The notes under the pieces are model-generated. The model was not told where the DNA came from. It saw nothing but the letters and a program-made list of their open reading frames with translations, and did not search any database. A program made the translations under genes and the position numbers. A stretch of 64,000 nucleotides of DNA from Solirubrobacteraceae bacterium (GTDB lineage: Bacteria; Actinomycetota; Thermoleophilia; Solirubrobacterales; Solirubrobacteraceae). The DNA lies in contig JBKJRO010000110.1 of NCBI GenBank assembly GCA_046594555.1, positions 128 through 64,127 of the forward strand. Reading direction: 5' to 3'. This document shows, piece by piece, positions 50,027 through 56,637 of this stretch; within the stretch, counting starts at the first letter, position 1, and each line of letters starts with the position of its first letter.

Positions 50027-51154
50027 ATGCCGGCATCTGATTCCAACGACGTGGTGATCGTCGGCGGCGGGCTCGCCGCCCAGCGCTGTGCCGAGGCCCT
50101 GCGCCGCGGCGGGTTCGAGGACCGCGTCACGATCATCTGCGACGAGCTCACGGCGCCCTACGACCGCCCGCCGCTCTCCAAGGCCTTCCTCGCCGGCCAG
50201 GTGGGCGAGGCGGAGGTCGCGTTCCGGCCGCAGGGCTGGCACGAGGACCAGGGAATCGACCTGCTGCTGGGCGACGCCGCGGCCGGGCTGGACACCGATG
50301 CCCGGACGGTCGAGCTCGCGTCCGGCGAAACGGTGCCCTACGGGCAGCTCGTGATCGCCACCGGCAGCCGCGCGCGCCCGCTCACCGGCGCCGAGCAGTA
50401 CGCGAACGTGCATGCCCTGCGCTCGCTCGCGGACGCCGTGCGGCTGCGTGCGGCGCTCGGCCCCGGCGTGCGCCTCGTCGTCCTCGGCGCCGGCCTGATC
50501 GGCCAGGAGGTCGCGGCGACCGCGCACAAGCTCGGCGCGCAGGTGACGCTCGTGGAGGCGGCTCCGCTGCCGCTCGCGCGGGCGCTGCATCCCGAGCTCG
50601 CGCAGTGGCTCGTGGACCTCCAGCGCAGCCATGGCATCGACGTCCTGCTCGGCCAGAGCGTCACGGCGCTGACGGGCGAGGGCGACCGGCTCGACGCGCT
50701 GTGCCTGGCCGACGGCTCGCGCGTCGACCTCGACGTGCTGCTGGTCGGCATCGGCGTCCTGCCGAACACGGAATGGCTCCCGGCACGCGTCGCCGAGCTC
50801 GTCCTGCGCCCCGGGATCCACGCGGCCGGCGACGTCGCCGGTGGCGACCACTGGGAGGCGGCCGGTCATCAGGGCCGCGCGGTGGCGAAGGCGATCCTGG
50901 GCCAGGAGCCCGGGCCGGCGCCCGTGACGAGCTGGTGGAGCGACGTCCACGGCATCCGCCTGCAGGGACTCGGCAGCCCGGCCGGAACCGATGCCCTGGA
51001 GATCGACGGCGAACTCGCCGCCCACACCTTCACGGCCATCGCGACGGCCGGCGGCGTTCCGCGCGCCGCGCTGGCCGTCGGGCGCCCGCGCGAACTGCCC
51101 CGCCTGCGACAGCTCCTCACCCCCACCGACACGAACGCCCAGGAGGCAGCATGA
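50027..51154 (+). CDS. NAD(P)H-dependent ferredoxin reductase (FAD pyridine nucleotide-disulfide oxidoreductase family)
   Basis: VVIVGGGLAAQRCAEAL, YDRPPLSK, VVLGAGLIGQEVAA and AAGDVA. Confidence 0.9.
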   Translation: MPASDSNDVVIVGGGLAAQRCAEALRRGGFEDRVTIICDELTAPYDRPPLSKAFLAGQVGEAEVAFRPQGWHEDQGIDLLLGDAAAGLDTDARTVELASGETVPYGQLVIATGSRARPLTGAEQYANVHALRSLADAVRLRAALGPGVRLVVLGAGLIGQEVAATAHKLGAQVTLVEAAPLPLARALHPELAQWLVDLQRSHGIDVLLGQSVTALTGEGDRLDALCLADGSRVDLDVLLVGIGVLPNTEWLPARVAELVLRPGIHAAGDVAGGDHWEAAGHQGRAVAKAILGQEPGPAPVTSWWSDVHGIRLQGLGSPAGTDALEIDGELAAHTFTAIATAGGVPRAALAVGRPRELPRLRQLLTPTDTNAQEAA

Positions 51155-51360
51155 CCCTCGTCCCCACCATCGACGAACTCGCCTGCGCGGCGCACGGCGA
51201 CTGCGTCGAGGTCGCCCCGAACGTCTTCGCCCTCGACGGCGACGTCGCCGAGGTGATCGGCACCGATCAGGACTCGATCATCCTCGCCGCCGCCGAGGCC
51301 TGCCCGTCCGTGGCGATCATCGTCGTCGACTCGGCCACCGGGGACCAGGTCTTCCCGTGA
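51151..51360 (+). CDS. Small single-cluster ferredoxin (actinobacterial 3Fe-4S/4Fe-4S type)
   Basis: 69 aa. The ATG overlaps the reductase stop (ATGA), with AGGAGG upstream. Cluster motif CAAHGDC...CP. Confidence 0.85.
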   Translation: MTLVPTIDELACAAHGDCVEVAPNVFALDGDVAEVIGTDQDSIILAAAEACPSVAIIVVDSATGDQVFP

Positions 51361-51458
51361 CGTCCGAGCCGGGCTGATCAGGATCAGCGGCCCGCGCGCA
51401 GCGCTCGCGCGGCGGTAGGGTCGCGGCCACGAGCGGGCCCCGAGGGTGAGGAGACGAC

Positions 51459-52778
51459 GTGGCGGAGATCGTGTCGGTGCAGGAGGCGGTGGCCCGCGTC
51501 GGCCGCCGCGACAGCATGGGCCTGCCGCTCGGCCCCGGCCAGCCGCCCGGGTACCTGCGCGCGCTCGGCGAGCGCGACGACTGGGAGGACCTGCGGATCG
51601 CCGGCGCCCTGCTCACCGTCGGGACCGAGCTGTTCACGCGCCCGGGTGTGCACTACCTGTCGGGGTTCTTCGGCCCGCTCGAGCGCATGCTCCGCGACGC
51701 GGGCGCCAACATCAGCTTCGCCGCCGCCGACTTCCGGCGGCTGGCCCCGCTGCTCGAGGCGGCTGCGCCGACAGTGATGGCGACGGCCGCCGCACCGCCC
51801 GACGCGGACGGCTGGTGCAGCCTGTCGCTGCACGCCGGCGGCACCGTCACGGAGCTGCGCCGCGCCGCCGCCGACCCGGCCCGGACGCTCGTCGTCGAGG
51901 CCTCCGAGCGCTTCCCGCGCACCTTCGGCCACGGCGACTACCGCCACGCGATCCACGTCGACGAGATCGACCTGCTGATCGAGAGCCCGGACGGCCCGCT
52001 GGCGCTCCCGGGCGTGAGCCCCGGGCCGGTCCACGTCGCCATCGCCGAGCACGCGAGCCGGTACATCGAGGACGGCGCCACGGTCCAGACGGGCATCGGC
52101 GTCATCCCCTCGGCGATCGCGACGCTGCTGGCCGAGGGCTCGGGATCGGGCTACGGCGTGCACTCGGAGATGTTCACCGACGGGCTGATGAAGCTCCACG
52201 AGGCCGGCAAGGTCACCAACGCGGGCAAGAACCAGTTCGACGGGGTCAGCATCGCGACGTTCGCGATGGGCTCCGATGAGCTCTACCGCTGGCTGCACGA
52301 GAACGGTGACGTCGCGTTCCTGCCGGTGGACGTCGTCAACAGCCCGCAGGTCATCGCGGGCAACGCGAAGATGATCACGATCAACGGCGCGCTGGCGATC
52401 GACATCCACGGCCAGGTCGTCGCCGACACGATCGACGGCGACCAGTTCTCCGGCATCGGCGGCGCCGAGGACTTCGCCGCCGCCCCCGGGCTGGCGCTCG
52501 ATCAGCGCTCGCTGCTGTGCCTGCCCTCGACGGCGATGGTCGCGGGCGAGCGGCGCTCGCGGATCGTGCCGTGGTTCGACGCCGGGACGGTCATCACCAC
52601 GCCGCGCCACCACACCGACGTGGTGATCACGGAGTACGGCTCGGCCGAGCTGGAGGCGAAGACCGTGCACCAGCGCGGCGAGGCGCTCGCCGCGATCGCG
52701 CACCCGGACTACCGCGACGAACTGCTCGAAGCGGCCGAGCGCGCGTCGCGCGGACGCTCGCCGCGGACCGGGCGCTGA
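51459..52778 (+). CDS. Acetyl-CoA hydrolase/transferase family protein (4-hydroxybutyrate CoA-transferase-like)
   Basis: SEMFTDGLMKLHEAGKV, GIGGAEDF and TEYGSAEL, typical of the family; 439 aa. Confidence 0.87.
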   Translation: MAEIVSVQEAVARVGRRDSMGLPLGPGQPPGYLRALGERDDWEDLRIAGALLTVGTELFTRPGVHYLSGFFGPLERMLRDAGANISFAAADFRRLAPLLEAAAPTVMATAAAPPDADGWCSLSLHAGGTVTELRRAAADPARTLVVEASERFPRTFGHGDYRHAIHVDEIDLLIESPDGPLALPGVSPGPVHVAIAEHASRYIEDGATVQTGIGVIPSAIATLLAEGSGSGYGVHSEMFTDGLMKLHEAGKVTNAGKNQFDGVSIATFAMGSDELYRWLHENGDVAFLPVDVVNSPQVIAGNAKMITINGALAIDIHGQVVADTIDGDQFSGIGGAEDFAAAPGLALDQRSLLCLPSTAMVAGERRSRIVPWFDAGTVITTPRHHTDVVITEYGSAELEAKTVHQRGEALAAIAHPDYRDELLEAAERASRGRSPRTGR

Positions 52779-52800
52779 CGGCGCCCTGCGGCGTTCCACG

Positions 52801-52825
52801 GATGCCCGCCGTCCCGCCGCGGGCA
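52801..52825 (+). terminator. Hairpin ATGCCCGC-(9 nt)-GCGGGCAT downstream of the CoA-transferase gene
   Basis: 8-bp perfect stem seen directly, 23 nt after the stop codon. No U-tract. Confidence 0.3.
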
Positions 52826-52841
52826 TAGCGTTCCCGCGGCG

Positions 52842-53495
52842 ATGCTGGGACCGCTGTCCACACGGACCGACGTCACGCTGCAGGCCGAGCGGCTGATCCG
52901 CGACCCGTCGCAGTTCAAGTGGTACGCGGTCACGCTGCTGGTGCTGGTGTTCCTCGTCTACGGCAACGAGATCGAGCGCGGCCGCCTGGACATCGTCGCC
53001 GCCGGGCTGGCCCTCTGGTTCGCCGACTGGTTCAACGAGATCGTCAACGCGCTGATCCTCCAGGCCACCGACCGCGCGCCCCTGTGGGCGGCGACGGGGC
53101 CGACGGCGTACCAGTTCCTCGTCGGGCTGAACGTGGAGATCAGCTTCATGTTCGCGATCATGGGGATCTACTACGTGAAGGTCCTCCCGCCGGACAGGGC
53201 GAAGCGGATCCTCGGGATGAACAACCGCCTCGCGATCGGGCTGCTCCTGTCGCTGATGGCGGTCGCGATCGAGCTCTTCCTGCACGAGACCGGCACGTTC
53301 CACTGGGAGTACTGGTGGTGGAACACCCCGTTCGTCCCGCTGATCGTCGTCTTCGGCTACCTGTGGTTCTTCCTCTTCGCCGCCTGGGTGTTCGACGCGC
53401 CCGACCAGCCGGCGCGCTGGAGGCGCGTCGGCGGGCTCGCGGCGATCGACGTGACGCTGGCACTCGTGTTCGGCGTCGGGTTCGGCTGGCTCTGA
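52842..53495 (+). CDS. Integral membrane protein, hypothetical
   Basis: 217 aa with about 6 hydrophobic helices; aromatic-rich (HWEYWWWNTPFVPLIVVFGYLWFFLF). No family recognised. Confidence 0.75.
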   Translation: MLGPLSTRTDVTLQAERLIRDPSQFKWYAVTLLVLVFLVYGNEIERGRLDIVAAGLALWFADWFNEIVNALILQATDRAPLWAATGPTAYQFLVGLNVEISFMFAIMGIYYVKVLPPDRAKRILGMNNRLAIGLLLSLMAVAIELFLHETGTFHWEYWWWNTPFVPLIVVFGYLWFFLFAAWVFDAPDQPARWRRVGGLAAIDVTLALVFGVGFGWL

Positions 53496-53559
53496 CTCCC
53501 TCGACCGTTCGCGCGCCGGTCAGAGCTCGTCTTCGAGGCGCGCCTTCACGAGCCGCCGC

Positions 53560-53862
53560 TCACGCGAGGTCGACGGTGGTGTGTTCGACGATCTTGCTGA
53601 CGACATCGCCGGGGATGTCCTCAGCCTCACGCCGGGCGGCCTCCTCCTCCTGCCGCACTTCCACGCGGGCGGCCTGCCAGGCGGACCAGTGGCCCGCGAC
53701 GAGTGCCCACAGCGAGAGCGCGGAGACGAACACGACGCTCTTGACCCAGCCGGTGACCAGGGCCACCGGGATCATGACCAGCCACAGGATCGTCAGCCAG
53801 CCATTGACCCGGCGCATGAAGACGGCGTCACCCTGAACCGCGTCCCAGAGCTTGGTGACCAT
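53560..53862 (-). CDS. Small two-TM membrane protein, hypothetical
   Basis: 100 aa from MVTKLWDAV. Two hydrophobic helices followed by a charged tail. Confidence 0.6.
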   Translation of the reverse strand: MVTKLWDAVQGDAVFMRRVNGWLTILWLVMIPVALVTGWVKSVVFVSALSLWALVAGHWSAWQAARVEVRQEEEAARREAEDIPGDVVSKIVEHTTVDLA

Positions 53863-53876
53863 GATCCGCTGGCCGT

Positions 53877-54080
53877 TCAGGAGGGCGGCCGGTCGCTGTA
53901 GCCGGGTTCGCGGCGAGACAGCGTGGCCATCCACAGGAGGCTCACGACGAGCCCGACGACTCCGATGATCATCAGGATCATTCCCGCCGTGTGGATGCTG
54001 AAGCCCGACGCCGTCACGGTGACGGCGTAGCGCATGATCGCGCCCACGGCGATCAGGAAGATCGACGTTCCGATTCCCAT
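53877..54080 (-). CDS. Small two-TM membrane protein, hypothetical
   Basis: 67 aa. MGIGTSIFLIAVGAIMRYAV ... MILMIIGVVGLVVSLLW. Confidence 0.65.
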   Translation of the reverse strand: MGIGTSIFLIAVGAIMRYAVTVTASGFSIHTAGMILMIIGVVGLVVSLLWMATLSRREPGYSDRPPS

Positions 54081-54082
54081 TG

Positions 54083-54217
54083 TCAGACCGCCGATCCGCG
54101 ACGGCCGCCGAAGAACATCAGCAGCGCGAGCAGGGCGAGCAGGAACAGCAGCGGATTGACCGCCACGCCGCCGAGGACTGCGAGGACGAGCAGGACGATG
54201 ATGAGCGTTACGAGCAT
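54083..54217 (-). CDS. Unlisted 44-aa hydrophobic peptide ORF
   Basis: My own translation of the minus strand gives MLVTLIIVLLVLAVLGGVAVNPLLFLLALLALLMFFGGRRGSAV. The stop is 2 nt before the next gene's start. It is below the ORF track size cutoff. Confidence 0.45.
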   Translation of the reverse strand: MLVTLIIVLLVLAVLGGVAVNPLLFLLALLALLMFFGGRRGSAV

Positions 54218-54399
54218 GTTGCGATTCCCTTCTGCGAGTTGGACATCGACCGGCTCAGACGTACCCGGGCCGCCGCGGGCGCAAACCTGCGCCCGCGAAC
54301 CGCTCGATCGGGACGCGACGACCGCCCGGCTCGCCCGATGTTTCGAGATCCACCGTTGCGGAAACCACGGGGAGCACCCAACCCCGAAGGAGCAGAACG

Positions 54400-54591
54400 A
54401 TGGGCGAAAGCACCGACAAGGCCAAGGGACGCATCAAGCAGGCCGCCGGCGCACTGACCGGTGATGACGACACCAGGCGCGAGGGTGAGCGCGACGAGCG
54501 CAAGGGCGAGATCAAGGAGAAGGTCAACGACGCGGCAGATGCCGCAAAGGACGGCCTCGACGGCATCAAGGACAAGGTCTCGCGCGCCTGA
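54400..54591 (+). CDS. CsbD-family stress protein
   Basis: MGESTDKAKGRIKQAAGALTGDDDTRREGERDERKGEIKEKV is a textbook CsbD pattern. GAAGGAG lies 7 nt upstream of the ATG. Confidence 0.9.
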   Translation: MGESTDKAKGRIKQAAGALTGDDDTRREGERDERKGEIKEKVNDAADAAKDGLDGIKDKVSRA

Positions 54592-54649
54592 CGGTCGCAA
54601 GGCCGCAACGAGGTGGACCGTCATCGTCCGGGCGGCGTAGGCTGCGCGC

Positions 54650-55000
54650 ATGGACGAACGCCTCATCGCGACCGCGGACCTGCCCCCGAGCGGCGTCACG
54701 TCGGTGGAGACGTCGCTCGGGCGGCTCGCCGTCGGCGTCGCGGGCGGAGCGCCGTTCGCCGTATCGCCCGTCTGCCGGCACCTGCGCGGCGACCTCGCCA
54801 AGGGCCGCGTCGCGGACGACGACTGCCTGGAATGCCCCCGGCACGCGGCGCGGTTCGACGTGCGCTCCGGCGAGATGACGCGCGGCCCGCAGGGGGCGTT
54901 CAAGCCACTCGCCGGAGTCGTCAAGGGCACGCTCGGGCGGATGCGGCTCGAGACCCACCCCGTCGTCGAGCGCGATGGTGTCCTGTACCTGTCGATCTGA
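54650..55000 (+). CDS. Small Rieske [2Fe-2S] domain protein
   Basis: CRH-x17-CPRH (PVCRHLRGDL...CLECPRHAARFD); 116 aa. Confidence 0.85.
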   Translation: MDERLIATADLPPSGVTSVETSLGRLAVGVAGGAPFAVSPVCRHLRGDLAKGRVADDDCLECPRHAARFDVRSGEMTRGPQGAFKPLAGVVKGTLGRMRLETHPVVERDGVLYLSI

Positions 55001-55009
55001 CCCGGCACG

Positions 55010-56020
55010 ATGAGCGGCGAGGCACAGCAGCAGGAACAGCCGGGCTGGGTGACGGTCACCCGCACGGGACCGCGCCACCCGGTGGTCCTCGCCGGTGACG
55101 CCGCGCTCGGCGCCGCCGCGGTCACCGCGCGGGCCGGCGTGCGCGTCGCGGCGGCCGGCATCGCCGCGGGGGCCGAGGTCGTCCGGGTCGCCGGGCTCGT
55201 GCCGGGGGCTCGCACCGCGGCGAGCGCGGCGGGCCGCGCGCTGCGGCCGCTGGCGGATGACGGGCTGCGGGTCCGGGGCCGCACCGGCGACGCCGTGGCC
55301 ACGCGGGTGCGGCGACTGATCGAGGACGTCGCCCCGAGCGTCGTCGAGACGCTCGACGTCAACTCGCTGGTGGAGCGCATCGACGTCGACGGCGTGGTCT
55401 CGCGCATCGACATCGACCGAGTGGTGTCGCGCATCGCGATCGACCGCCTCGTCAGCGAGATCGACATCGACGCCCTCGTCCGGCGCATCGACATCGACCA
55501 GCTCGTCCGGCACATCGAGATCGACGACCTCGTCGCCCGGATCGACATCGACGCCCTCGTCCGGCGGATCGACATCGACCAGCTCGTCAGCCGCATCGCG
55601 ATCGACGACCTCGTCGCACGGATCGCGATCGACCGCGTCGTCGGCGACATCGACATCGACGCGCTCGTCGCTCGGATCCAGATCGACGAGGTCGTCGGGC
55701 GGATCGACATCGACCGCGTCGTCGAGCAGCTCGACATCGACGCGATCGTCGACCGGATCGACGTCAACGAGGTCGTCCAGCGCGTCGACGTCGACGCGGT
55801 CGTCGAGCAGACGGAACTCGGGACGATCGTCGCGCGGTCGACGAGCGGCATGGCGACGGAGACGCTCGACGCAGCACGCACCCAGGGCGTCGCGGTCGAC
55901 GACGCCGTCGGACGCGTCATCAACCGCATCCTGCGCCGCCGGCCCGAGGACCTGCCGGCCGGCCCGCCCCAGCTCGTCGAGCCCGCCGCCGGCGCGGGTG
56001 ACGAGGAGCCCCCTGCGTGA
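55010..56020 (+). CDS. Hypothetical protein with 18 tandem nonapeptide repeats (consensus R-I-D-I-D-x-[LV]-V-x)
   Basis: Ala/Arg-rich N-terminal region of about 113 aa, then uninterrupted 9-aa units from residue 114. The start is 10 nt after the Rieske stop, and the stop overlaps the RDD gene start. Confidence 0.8.
   Translation: MSGEAQQQEQPGWVTVTRTGPRHPVVLAGDAALGAAAVTARAGVRVAAAGIAAGAEVVRVAGLVPGARTAASAAGRALRPLADDGLRVRGRTGDAVATRVRRLIEDVAPSVVETLDVNSLVERIDVDGVVSRIDIDRVVSRIAIDRLVSEIDIDALVRRIDIDQLVRHIEIDDLVARIDIDALVRRIDIDQLVSRIAIDDLVARIAIDRVVGDIDIDALVARIQIDEVVGRIDIDRVVEQLDIDAIVDRIDVNEVVQRVDVDAVVEQTELGTIVARSTSGMATETLDAARTQGVAVDDAVGRVINRILRRRPEDLPAGPPQLVEPAAGAGDEEPPA
55349..55834 (+). repeat. 27-bp in-frame tandem repeat array (18 units) with an 81-bp higher-order duplication
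   Basis: Units read directly, e.g. CGCATCGACATCGACCAGCTCGTCCGG. 55457..55537 versus 55538..55618 differ at about 8 of 81 positions. Confidence 0.9.
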
Positions 56021-56550
56021 GCACCGCATCCCGCGACGCCGAGCGCGCGCTGTCGCACCAGGGCCGCTACGCCGGCCCGGTCACGCGCCTCCTCGCGTAC
56101 CTCGCCGACGTCGCGATCATCTCGGTGCTGTTCGGCCTGACGCTCACGCTGATCAGCGCTGCGATCGAGGTGGCGACGCCGTGGAAGCTCGATCTGTCGA
56201 AGGAGAGCCTCTGGGTCACGATCGTCTACTTCGGCTGGGGCCTGCTGTACTTCGCCAACGGCTGGATGCTGCGCGCCAAGTCCCCGGGCATGGCGCTGCT
56301 CGGGCTGCGGATCGTCCGCGCCGACGGCACCAACCTCGATCGCCGGCACGCCCTGATCCGCGTCGCGGCCTTCCCGCTGGGCTTCCTCACCTTGGGCGCC
56401 GGGTTCCTCGGGATCATCCTCGGGCGCAGCCGCCAGGCGATCTACGACCGGATCGCCGACACCGCGGTCGTCTACGGCTGGGACGCCGAGACCGCAAGGC
56501 TCCGCGCCCTCGCACGCACGCGGCAGGAAGCCCAGGGCGGCAGGGACTGA
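56017..56550 (+). CDS. RDD family membrane protein
   Basis: The GTG at 56017 overlaps the upstream stop (GTGA). YAGPVTRLLAYLADVAIISVLF, GMALLGLRIVRADG and three hydrophobic helices. Confidence 0.85.
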   Translation: MSTASRDAERALSHQGRYAGPVTRLLAYLADVAIISVLFGLTLTLISAAIEVATPWKLDLSKESLWVTIVYFGWGLLYFANGWMLRAKSPGMALLGLRIVRADGTNLDRRHALIRVAAFPLGFLTLGAGFLGIILGRSRQAIYDRIADTAVVYGWDAETARLRALARTRQEAQGGRD

Positions 56551-56637
56551 GCGCACTGATCCGCTGACGGGTACCGGTTGGCTCGGGAGCCGCCGCCGGT
56601 TACTCTCGTCAACCGCCTTCGACCCGTCCAGGAGCGC

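Noticed and set aside
55349-55834. The regular 27-bp repeat array could be mistaken for a CRISPR array or a non-coding minisatellite.
   Set aside because: The units are contiguous with no spacers. They are in frame within a long ORF with genome-typical codon bias, and they vary mainly at positions that keep a 9-aa amphipathic pattern. This is a coding repeat.
54208-56556. 782-aa minus-strand ORF spanning the csbD, Rieske, repeat-protein and RDD genes.
   Set aside because: It is an antisense shadow ORF. Its composition is dominated by Arg/Ser/Thr/Ala runs with no domain motifs, while the plus strand carries four recognisable genes with proper starts and an SD sequence.
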